Part shown: positions 26,918 through 35,000 of the stretch, in pieces
How positions within the stretch are numbered: the stretch's first letter is position 1
How the letters are laid out: every line of letters begins with the position of its first letter
Source of the DNA: Spirochaetales bacterium
Lineage (GTDB): Bacteria > Spirochaetota > Spirochaetia > SZUA-6 > JAFGRV01
DNA: 64,000 nucleotides
Direction: 5' to 3'
Assembly (NCBI GenBank): GCA_016930085.1
Contig: JAFGHO010000008.1
Span: 32,146-96,145 of the forward strand
Made by a program: the position numbers and the translations under genes
The notes under the pieces: generated by a model
Seen by the model: only the letters and a program-made list of their open reading frames with translations
Told to the model about the DNA's origin: nothing
Databases searched by the model: none

Positions 26918-29704
26918 TCACTGAAAATACCACTGAGGGAACAAATCCCAATCCAGCCAATCTCTTATATATGCCCTGTCCGTGATCGTTCCGGCGATAA
27001 TCGGATAAAACATGATAAAGAGAAAGAGGACGATTACAAGATAGCCGTAAATGACCGCGTAGTTCGCGATGATAAAGGCCTTTGCCCGTTCCCCGAGTGT
27101 TTCCCGCATATAGGGGATCAGGCGTTTTTTTGCAAGGCTGATCAGATATACGGTACTGAATATGATAAAGGGGACACTCGCGAAAAAATGGTAGATGAAG
27201 GTAAGCCTCCGGGGAACGATGATCCACGGGAGATAGTTCGAGGCAAGCGCGATGAGGATAATGAAGCGTTCATCATCACCGTATTCCCTGTTATTCGCAA
27301 ACTCATAAAGAAGGGTTCCTGTTTTTATATTTTTAGGTGCTTTCTTGCCGGTCGTTCTTGTTCTCCGTACGATTCCGGATATCATCATTCCCAGCAACAC
27401 GAGGGCTGATATGCTTCCGATCCACCAGACGGCCGGATTACCAAAAGAGAAAAGCCGCTGGTCCTTCTCGGGCGGAAGGTTTGTTCCGAAGTAAAACGCC
27501 ATCGGTTTGGTAATGAACGGCCATTGCCACCATTTGGAAGAATAGGAATGAGAATCTTTGATGGCATTATGATAATTATACATATCGATGCTGTTGTCGA
27601 TGATCCATTGCGGTCCGGGAATGTCCTTTGAAAAAAGAATGGGCGTATAGGCGAGTGCATAAATCAATGGTGAGAGTATGAGAAATACCAGGATACAGAA
27701 GCATAAAGTGGCGATGACATGTCCGCCGAATCGTGAGGTGATCAGCCTGATTCTGTTCCATTCGTCCCTGTCTTTTTTCAGGGATTTCGATTTCAACCTG
27801 GTTTTCATTCGCCTGTTTTCCGTTATTCGTTTAAAAAGCGATGCTGCTAAAATGATAAATATTCCCGGCCCGATGTAAAGTGCGATCCATTTGCTCGCGA
27901 TCCCCAGTCCCCAGGCGATACCGGCCAGAAGAAGGGGAACAAGTGTCTTTTTAAAGGGGAAGGAGAAGAAACTCATTTTGTAATATCGATAAATAAAGTA
28001 AAAGGTGAGGAGGATGAAAAAGACACCGTATGAGTCGATGGTCGCTATACGTGTTTGTGAAAAATGCATGAAGTCGAATGCCATAAGAAAGGATGCGATA
28101 AAGGCGAACTCGGTTTTCTTAAAAAGCTGTTTGCCGAATGCATACATAAGCGGTACCATGAGCACCCCGAAAAAGGTTCCCATGAAACGCCACCCGAACG
28201 GCGTCATCCCGAAGATGAGAATTCCGAGTGCCATGAGGAGTTTTCCGAGGGGCGGATGCGTGTCTTCGTACGGAACGCGGAAAACAATGTGTTCCATCGC
28301 CGTCCGGGCGTGATATTGTTCGTCAAACCCCGGCGACATTCCGGACATAATGGAAGGACGGTAGGTATAGGTGTTCTGCTCGTCAAAGAGATTTTTAACA
28401 TCCCCTTTGCTGAAAAGACTCTGATATCCGGGGATAATTTTATCGATATGAATGGGATCCCTGCTTTCGGGACCCACAAAGACGACTTCCATAAGCCATG
28501 AACCGGGCACATCGACTGTGATTTTAACATACCGGGCGTTGAAACTCGTTTCCTTGTAATACCACCAGTAAATGGTCTTTGGATCGATCGTTGCCGCGTG
28601 TGTCCATGTCCGGTTGTCGTGGGAATATTCGACTTCGTATCTGTTTTTATCCGGTTCGTGCTGTCCGGGAAGCCCGGACATATAATAGATGCGATTCACG
28701 GTTCTGGTTCTCCCAAAGTCGACAACGACAAACTCCCCCCGTGTCGACGGCTGCCAGTATGTCTGCGGCGCCTTGCAATACCCGAGATTGGTAAATGCGA
28801 TGATCGCATAAATGACGGTAAGGCTTCCGGCAAGAATAATATCCTTGTAGGTCATCCGCGCTTTTTCTTCACTTCTGAGTGCCGTTTCAATCGATATCTC
28901 GGAATCGTCTGTTTTATCTGAAAAATCGGATGCGATGTCCTTTTCTTTTTTTTGTTTCGGTTTGAAGATACAAAGATAGATGAGAAATACGCCGATCAGG
29001 CACAGGATAATAGCGGCAGCAATGATAAGGACCACGAGCACCGGTGACGATACGGCTTTCGATGCCTGCTTTGGCTGCTGTATTGCACCGATGTCATGGA
29101 TATACAGGCCCGAAATATTCCTTTCTTCCACCAGCCGAAAATCGTCGAAAAAGGCTTTTCCGACCGTATCACCCGCGTATCCGCCGAGTCGTATCGCAAC
29201 GTTGAGAATCGTCTGATTGGGAGCGGTTTTAACCGTATACGAAAGGTATTCCCAATCTCCCATCGTATCGTGGATCGTCGTTCCATTGTCCCAGAATCCC
29301 CGTTCGTATTCGATAACGGAGATACCCGCACCTACCCTGTCTGCGGGAAGGTTTACCGCTTTCGCGAAACAGGAGAGGGTATAGACGGTTTCAGGTTTTA
29401 CAATGACCTTCTGGATCAACCGGGCGTCGTTTGATTTTAAATTCTCGATGACGGCCGCATACTTTCCCGATTTTGGATTTTCGGGCGTCACGTAGAAATT
29501 CGTGTACTCATCTTCCATCTTCCATGCATTTTTGTCCCAGTAAGAGGGAAGATTGAATGCCACTTCTTCAAAATCCCCGTTGACAACAAGATTTCCATCC
29601 GCGCCAAGACCTGTCTGTAAACCGATCAATATACAGAGCATCAACAAACCTGTTTTGAATCCGTTCATCATCACCTGTCTCCCATTCGTTTTTTGTAACG
29701 ACAT
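26918..29704 (-). CDS. GT39/PMT-type polyprenyl-phosphate-sugar protein glycosyltransferase with N-terminal CBM-like and discoidin (F5/8 type C)-like modules
   Basis: The PMT signature is YEDTHPPLGKLLMALG. Many TM helices are present, and a C-terminal PMT_4TMC-like segment reads HSYSSKWWQWPF. The N-terminus has NLVVNGDFEE...FDDFRLVE (CBM4/9-like). A periplasmic VVVDFGRTRTVNRIYYMSG...YEVEYSHDNRTWTH (discoidin-like) lies between TM helices. Confidence 0.8.
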   Translation of the reverse strand: MSLQKTNGRQVMMNGFKTGLLMLCILIGLQTGLGADGNLVVNGDFEEVAFNLPSYWDKNAWKMEDEYTNFYVTPENPKSGKYAAVIENLKSNDARLIQKVIVKPETVYTLSCFAKAVNLPADRVGAGISVIEYERGFWDNGTTIHDTMGDWEYLSYTVKTAPNQTILNVAIRLGGYAGDTVGKAFFDDFRLVEERNISGLYIHDIGAIQQPKQASKAVSSPVLVVLIIAAAIILCLIGVFLIYLCIFKPKQKKEKDIASDFSDKTDDSEISIETALRSEEKARMTYKDIILAGSLTVIYAIIAFTNLGYCKAPQTYWQPSTRGEFVVVDFGRTRTVNRIYYMSGLPGQHEPDKNRYEVEYSHDNRTWTHAATIDPKTIYWWYYKETSFNARYVKITVDVPGSWLMEVVFVGPESRDPIHIDKIIPGYQSLFSKGDVKNLFDEQNTYTYRPSIMSGMSPGFDEQYHARTAMEHIVFRVPYEDTHPPLGKLLMALGILIFGMTPFGWRFMGTFFGVLMVPLMYAFGKQLFKKTEFAFIASFLMAFDFMHFSQTRIATIDSYGVFFILLTFYFIYRYYKMSFFSFPFKKTLVPLLLAGIAWGLGIASKWIALYIGPGIFIILAASLFKRITENRRMKTRLKSKSLKKDRDEWNRIRLITSRFGGHVIATLCFCILVFLILSPLIYALAYTPILFSKDIPGPQWIIDNSIDMYNYHNAIKDSHSYSSKWWQWPFITKPMAFYFGTNLPPEKDQRLFSFGNPAVWWIGSISALVLLGMMISGIVRRTRTTGKKAPKNIKTGTLLYEFANNREYGDDERFIILIALASNYLPWIIVPRRLTFIYHFFASVPFIIFSTVYLISLAKKRLIPYMRETLGERAKAFIIANYAVIYGYLVIVLFLFIMFYPIIAGTITDRAYIRDWLDWDLFPQWYFQ

Positions 29705-29872
29705 CGTTATTTATAACGACATGTGCTTTGCCTCTCCGGTTATTCATTTTAATAGAAATCAGGCAGTTCTTCAAGTGCCTTGAAATAATGGTAAAATGAC
29801 CGCACGGCAATATCGTACTTTTTTTCTGGTAATCATCGTATCCCTCGATTATACTGATATCAAGAAAACAGT

Positions 29873-31009
29873 ATGGACGATATTTTTTTCAGGCAATTTT
29901 ACCGGTCTCCGTCCTCAACGGCGATTCTTCATCTGCCCGAGTTTGAAACAACACAATGGCGTGTGGTAAAAACAAACAACGGCGGGGAAAGCAGAATAAG
30001 CATCATATACAGTGAATCGGATATCGATCAGGGCAATGTCAATCTGATTTTTCTTCCGCGGTTTGAACGCGCGATGACGGCCAAAGAGACGGCGGATATC
30101 TTTGTCGAACGGATACAAAAAGAGGATCCTTCCCTGAGAAAAGTCGGGGCCGGAGAAAACATCGATATAGCCGGCGGCAAGGCATTCAGTTACCAGCTTG
30201 CGGGCAAAGCCTCGAAAGGAACCCTCAGAATTACCTATATTATCGGTATTGCCGACGGGCGATGCGCAATGGGAATTTATGCCGACAGCACTATCGATAG
30301 AATCGACGAGATGAGTGGGGTTGCCTTTATGATATTGGAAACCATTGCCCTAGGGGAAAAAATACCGGTACTCAAAAACAGCGGTTCGGGAATGAAACTG
30401 AAGGGGGTGTACGAAGGACCGCATGAAATACTGTGGGATGGTACATACGAGCAACAATGGTTCATCTTCGATCCGAGGGGATATTGTCATCGAAGCGAAC
30501 CAATGAGCATACTCGAACTGGATGTCGAGGCCCGGTATCAGTGGAATAAGGAAAAGGTGATGAAATACAGGGTGAGAGGAAAAAAAATGATAATTACCTA
30601 TCCTGACGGTGAGCGCTTTATCTATAATTTTCATAAAATCGATGACCGGAAGGTGAGTATCGACGGAGATCTTTTTATCCGCATTGATGGTGTGCTGGAT
30701 AACGACAGTTCACTCTCCGGTCATTACCGATATGCCGCAACGAAAGCGAACATCGAAGGTAATACGAATGATATTGATTCCCGTTATCCGGATTTCTGTT
30801 TTTCACCGGAAAAAGAATTCAGATTACTTGGGGATGAACAAACGGCAGCCTCAGGCACATACCGGATACTGGATAACCTGCTGTACCTTTCGTTCATTGA
30901 CGGAAGAAAGGAAATGCACACCATTTTCCCCCATCTGGAAAATGAACATACTGTTTCTTGTACCGGATTCTATATCGACGGGCGCTATTATGAAAAGGAA
31001 AATCCTTGA
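29873..31009 (+). CDS. hypothetical protein (378 aa)
   Basis: Long clean ORF with no signal peptide and no recognised motif. Confidence 0.6.
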   Translation: MDDIFFRQFYRSPSSTAILHLPEFETTQWRVVKTNNGGESRISIIYSESDIDQGNVNLIFLPRFERAMTAKETADIFVERIQKEDPSLRKVGAGENIDIAGGKAFSYQLAGKASKGTLRITYIIGIADGRCAMGIYADSTIDRIDEMSGVAFMILETIALGEKIPVLKNSGSGMKLKGVYEGPHEILWDGTYEQQWFIFDPRGYCHRSEPMSILELDVEARYQWNKEKVMKYRVRGKKMIITYPDGERFIYNFHKIDDRKVSIDGDLFIRIDGVLDNDSSLSGHYRYAATKANIEGNTNDIDSRYPDFCFSPEKEFRLLGDEQTAASGTYRILDNLLYLSFIDGRKEMHTIFPHLENEHTVSCTGFYIDGRYYEKENP

Positions 31010-31070
31010 ATCACACTGACGGCAGGTGCATTTTACTCCCCTCTATTACCGAATTAGAGAGAAATCCGTA

Positions 31071-31733
31071 TTAAAATAATGTATCCAGTAAATCCCTGAA
31101 GCTAGAAAAGATATGTTTTTCGCCGGGATAATAGATTCTCCAGTTCGTTGTGGATGCCCCGACTATACTGCTGAGTGTGGGGATCTGCTTTGAAAGTGAT
31201 TTAAAATACGGATAATCCTGTGAGAACGCGACAAACGTGAATATTTTTTTTATATCGGTAGAATTCATCACTTTCGCGAGTCTGAGCCGTTGAGACGTCC
31301 GCTCTTTCGGAGAAAGGTTTTTATTTATAAGACTGATCATGATAAACGCGCGGAGATTTCTCTGGTCTTTCAGTAATTCGAGCTCTTTTTTATCGGGTTC
31401 GACGATTATATATATCCAGACGTTCTTGTCGGGATACAGCAGGACAAAATCAAACTCGATATTTTTATAGATATTTTCGACAATAGAGGGAACGGGTTCG
31501 TGCTGCTCCATATACCACCACCACGGAATAATCGGCTTTTTGGGCGTTGCTTCGACAACCTTGCAGCGTTTGAGATTCGGCTTGAATTTGGCTGCGGAAG
31601 GCAGTTTACCGTTCCATTCCGAAAGGGGCATGGTATAGATTTGTTCCAGCTTGGTTAAATATCCCCCACGGTCCTCTCCTATCTGATGAGCCAATAAAAA
31701 GGCTTTAATCTGATTTAAATACTTGCTTTTCAT
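31071..31733 (-). CDS. hypothetical protein (about 220 aa), AT-rich
   Basis: ATG at 31733 preceded by gcgggtgg. No recognised motif. It lies about 80 nt downstream of the terminator at 31814-31858. Confidence 0.6.
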   Translation of the reverse strand: MKSKYLNQIKAFLLAHQIGEDRGGYLTKLEQIYTMPLSEWNGKLPSAAKFKPNLKRCKVVEATPKKPIIPWWWYMEQHEPVPSIVENIYKNIEFDFVLLYPDKNVWIYIIVEPDKKELELLKDQRNLRAFIMISLINKNLSPKERTSQRLRLAKVMNSTDIKKIFTFVAFSQDYPYFKSLSKQIPTLSSIVGASTTNWRIYYPGEKHIFSSFRDLLDTLF

Positions 31734-31813
31734 AACCACCCGCTTTTTTCAAGGGATTGTATACTATACACTTAATTAAATCCATGATAAAAAAAGCTTT
31801 TAATAAAGTCAAG

Positions 31814-31858
31814 GAAAAAAAGAGGCGTAGAGAAAAAAAATGCATTTTTCTCCACGCC
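31814..31858 (-). terminator. intrinsic terminator (or attenuator) on the minus strand
   Basis: On the minus strand ggcgtggagaaaaa-tgcattt-tttttctctacgcc forms a 14-bp stem with one mismatch, followed by ctcttttttt. Confidence 0.6.
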
Positions 31859-31916
31859 CTTTACCCGGAAAAAGCGAGTCGTATGTCGTCCTCTTTTCCC
31901 CCCGAAGCTTGCGCCC

Positions 31917-32054
31917 TTATTCGGCTTTCAGTTTTACTTGGGAGCCGTCGGTGCTTCCGTGACCGGGGCAGCCGTAAATATCGGTTGATTCCGAATAACC
32001 GGTTAAAACGGGCGCTCCATCCGAAGCTATGACCAGGGAAGGGGCGTGATCCAT
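31917..32054 (-). CDS. possible 45-aa micro-ORF inside a GC-rich leader (may instead be non-coding)
   Basis: MDHAPSLVIASDGAPVLTGYSESTDIYGCPGHGSTDGSQVKLKAE. It lies between the promoter at 32137-32166 and the terminator at 31814-31858. The only SD-like element is weak (ggcgg). Confidence 0.25.
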   Translation of the reverse strand: MDHAPSLVIASDGAPVLTGYSESTDIYGCPGHGSTDGSQVKLKAE

Positions 32055-32136
32055 ACCGCCGCCGGGTTGAAATTGGAGGGAAAGGTACCGACGTAATATT
32101 GTGCGACAAGGAGCGCGTCGACGATATCGTAAAAAC

Positions 32137-32166
32137 AATATATTGTGAAACGAAAAAAATTGACAA
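32137..32166 (-). promoter_or_regulatory. sigma70-like promoter driving the minus-strand GC-rich unit
   Basis: On the minus strand: ttgtca (32166-32161), an 18-nt spacer, then tatatt (32142-32137). The -35 overlaps the -35 of the divergent plus-strand promoter. Confidence 0.45.
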
Positions 32167-32188
32167 CGATAATACGTCGGTGTATACT
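32160..32188 (+). promoter_or_regulatory. near-consensus sigma70 promoter for the dockerin protein gene
   Basis: ttgaca (32160-32165), a 17-nt spacer, then tatact (32183-32188). The leader contains a ggatacc...ggtatcc hairpin (32189-32224) and an aaggaaaaaaa-ATG RBS. Confidence 0.6.
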
Positions 32189-32273
32189 GGATACCGGAAG
32201 TCGGTAAGAATTCAGAGGTATCCGGCAATACCATGACTTATGGTAAAAATGTTATATACGAAAAGGAAAAAAA

Positions 32274-33368
32274 ATGAAAAAAACATCACCATGGATAAAA
32301 AAAACGACGTTATTGTTTCTGTTTTTATTCTGTACGGCCGTCCTCGCACCCTCACAGACCGTTATCGGCGATACAAACTCGGACGGTAATATCGATATTA
32401 CAGACAGTCTTCGTGTCGCCCAATACTATGTCGGGTTGATTCCCGCCAATTTCGATACGCAAGCGGCGGACGCCAATTGTGATGGCGCGATCGATATCGT
32501 CGATGCCCTTCTCATCGCTCGATATTACGTGGGACTGATCGGTGAATTTGCCGACTGTCTTACCCCGACACCGGTTCCACAGGGGGCGGAGGATGAGGAG
32601 TTGATTCAGAACTGGGCAAAAGAAAATCGTATCGACCTGACCGGTTACCGCCGGGAGCGTATTTCAGATGAATCGGTTGACTATATTCTTCCCGGTTTTG
32701 TATTTTACAGCGTTTATCTCAATCAGTGGCCCGTGGCGTACGGTCCTCCGGACGAACAGCTTGGAGAAAACAGCATCGTGGCCATCGATGCCGGTCGAAC
32801 CGTGATACTCATTCGGGATGAATCTTACCTCCAAAGCTTTTTTATCGACAACCAGATCACACTATCGACACCCGAAGACCGAATCGAAATGATAAAAGCC
32901 TGGCTGGGACTGAGTCAGGAAATGAAAAACGACGGTTACTATTCGTTTTTAATTTCGGAAGACGATATCGTCGTTACGCATCTGATAGGAGACGCGGTCG
33001 AATGGGAGGTGACGGGAACGAGCACGGTATCCGGCGGCGGAGAAGGGTATATCACGGCACGGGCGGTCATTGACGTCCTCGGTTCCCTTATGTATGTCGA
33101 TGAAGAATATGAATTGATTGCGGGGATAAGACCGATTTGCCAGTCGACACTTCTTCTCAATCCCAATACCGTGATCAGGACCATGGCCGAACAGGACCTC
33201 CTGGTCATGGGAACGTGCGCACAGCATTACCTGTTTTCCTGGCGGCAACGACTCGAACCCGAATTGCAGTTGGCTGTCGAACGTATCTGGCAACGGATAT
33301 TGCTTCGTGAGGAAAGCAGAAAACGTCTGCAAAGCAGAATGCGTCTGCGGCAGAAGATGGACAGATGA
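32274..33368 (+). CDS. dockerin-containing secreted protein with uncharacterised C-terminal domain
   Basis: Signal peptide, then a dockerin duplication (GDTNSDGNIDITDSLRVAQYYVG / ADANCDGAIDIVDALLIARYYVG). About 260 further aa carry no recognised motif. Confidence 0.75.
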   Translation: MKKTSPWIKKTTLLFLFLFCTAVLAPSQTVIGDTNSDGNIDITDSLRVAQYYVGLIPANFDTQAADANCDGAIDIVDALLIARYYVGLIGEFADCLTPTPVPQGAEDEELIQNWAKENRIDLTGYRRERISDESVDYILPGFVFYSVYLNQWPVAYGPPDEQLGENSIVAIDAGRTVILIRDESYLQSFFIDNQITLSTPEDRIEMIKAWLGLSQEMKNDGYYSFLISEDDIVVTHLIGDAVEWEVTGTSTVSGGGEGYITARAVIDVLGSLMYVDEEYELIAGIRPICQSTLLLNPNTVIRTMAEQDLLVMGTCAQHYLFSWRQRLEPELQLAVERIWQRILLREESRKRLQSRMRLRQKMDR

Positions 33369-33490
33369 CCGTCAGATACCGGTCATCCGACGGGGCAGAG
33401 TAAATAACCACACAGATCACTTGGAATACTACCTGAAAAAAAAGAAAACAGTGGGTTAATCTCATGTAATATGTTGCCATGTATGTTATT

Positions 33491-33736
33491 TTATACGTTT
33501 TCTTTATCATCAAGCTCGGGAAACAGTTCGAGTTCCGGTTTGATATCGGGCTTGTCGGGTTTGTTAATGAGGATTTCAACTTTTCTTTCTATTTTTGCAA
33601 GTTCTTTTTCAAGACCTTTTGACAGTGCGATTCCTTCTTCAAAAAGGGCAACCGCCTTTTCAAGGGGAATGTCTCCACTCTGGATTTCTTCATTGATTTT
33701 TTCAAGGCGTACCAATCGTTCTTCGAATGTTTTCAT
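33491..33736 (-). CDS. xseB: exodeoxyribonuclease VII small subunit
   Basis: 81 aa with FEERLVRLEKINEEIQSGDIPLEKAVALFEEGIALSK. The start overlaps the xseA stop by 1 nt. Confidence 0.85.
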   Translation of the reverse strand: MKTFEERLVRLEKINEEIQSGDIPLEKAVALFEEGIALSKGLEKELAKIERKVEILINKPDKPDIKPELELFPELDDKENV

Positions 33737-34977
33737 TATGTTGTTTTTTCTCCTTTCACGGCTGTGGCGTCCAGAATCCCTTCCGATAATCGGATGTGAA
33801 GCCTTTCTCCGTTTGCTACAGGTTCGGGCGAGGTAAGCGCCTTTCCCGTTTTGACTTGGGTGACGACCGCGTATCCACGTTTCAGGATTGAAAGGGGAGA
33901 TCCGGCGATCAATGCGTTATGCACGAGGTCCAGTCTGTGTTTTTTTTCTCTGATATGGAAATCAAAAGAAAGGATCAATGATTCTTTTGCATCGTCGAAA
34001 CGAAGAAGCAGCGGTTGAATATACATCCTGAAGGTTCGTTCGAGATTGTCGGGTAAAAAGTGTTGAAGCAAAAGGTGGATTTTTTCAAGACGCTGATTGA
34101 TATTTGAAAGGATTGCCCCCGCCGCTTTTTCAACCCGCACTGAAAGATCCTCCCTCGAAGCCGAAACCATTTCAGCGGCAGCGGATGGTGTCGGGGCGCG
34201 GACATCCGCTGCAAGGTCGGAGAGGGTAATGTCTGTTTCATGACCCACGGCTGAAATCACGGGGATATCGGAAGCTGCGATCGCCCGTACGACATTCTCC
34301 TCATAAAACGGCAGAAGATCCTCGAGAGAACCGCCGCCGCGTCCCACAATCAACACTTCCGCAAGATTGTGAAGGTTCGCGATCCTGATTTGTTCAGAAA
34401 TACACGCAGCCGCTTCATCGCCCTGAACCGGCGAAGGAAGGATCACCAGGTTGATACCCGAATGGCGCCGTCGTAAAACCCTGAGAATATCGCGCAACGC
34501 TGCGCCTGTCGGAGAAGAGACTACCGCGACCTTTGACGGGAAAAGGGGGAGGGGTTTTTTCCTCGACGAATCGAACAATCCTTGGGCGGCAAGGGCCTGT
34601 TTTCTCTTTTCAAGCATAGCGAGAATCGCGCCCGCACCCGCCTGAATCATGCTTTCACAAATCAACTGGTAATTGCCGCGTTTCGGATAAACGGAAATGC
34701 TTCCCATCGCCCGTACGAGCATTCCGTCTGCCGGAGTAAACGAGAGGAAGGCAAGCCGCGATTTGAACATGACCACTGAAATAACGGCTTCATTGTCTTT
34801 CAGGCTGAAGTAATAATGGCCCGTACTCGAGGGTCTGAAGTTTGATATTTCACCTTCGATGGTAATATCCTGAAACTCGCCCTCGAGCATCGTGCGTATA
34901 AGATGTGTAATTTCGGAAATCCGGTAACATTTTTTTAATGTTTCTCCGGTTCCTTTGGCAAAAGCGTCATCCGCCAT
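33736..34977 (-). CDS. xseA: exodeoxyribonuclease VII large subunit
   Basis: 413 aa with an N-terminal OB fold (ITIEGEISNFRPSSTGHYYFSLKD) and catalytic region (VIVGRGGGSLEDLLPF, VISAVGHETDITL). Confidence 0.9.
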   Translation of the reverse strand: MADDAFAKGTGETLKKCYRISEITHLIRTMLEGEFQDITIEGEISNFRPSSTGHYYFSLKDNEAVISVVMFKSRLAFLSFTPADGMLVRAMGSISVYPKRGNYQLICESMIQAGAGAILAMLEKRKQALAAQGLFDSSRKKPLPLFPSKVAVVSSPTGAALRDILRVLRRRHSGINLVILPSPVQGDEAAACISEQIRIANLHNLAEVLIVGRGGGSLEDLLPFYEENVVRAIAASDIPVISAVGHETDITLSDLAADVRAPTPSAAAEMVSASREDLSVRVEKAAGAILSNINQRLEKIHLLLQHFLPDNLERTFRMYIQPLLLRFDDAKESLILSFDFHIREKKHRLDLVHNALIAGSPLSILKRGYAVVTQVKTGKALTSPEPVANGERLHIRLSEGILDATAVKGEKTT

Positions 34978-35000
34978 AATTGTCTACATTATCTTACTAC

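Noticed and set aside
31814-32130. Identity of the GC-rich leader with a known RNA class (T-box, glycine, c-di-GMP-I, yybP-ykoY, tmRNA)
   Set aside because: Only short chance resemblances were seen: gggcgtggag versus the T-box core, gcgcaagc versus GEMM, and gacatac versus yybP. None of the full conserved cores is present, so no known class is claimed.
31757-32166. ORF-track frames 31757-32032 (+, 91 aa), 31861-32166 (-, 101 aa) and 31917-32234 (-, 105 aa full length)
   Set aside because: They are Arg/Ser-rich junk translations that cross the predicted promoters or the terminator. Only the 45-codon distal part of the third frame lies inside the predicted transcript, and that part is listed with low confidence.
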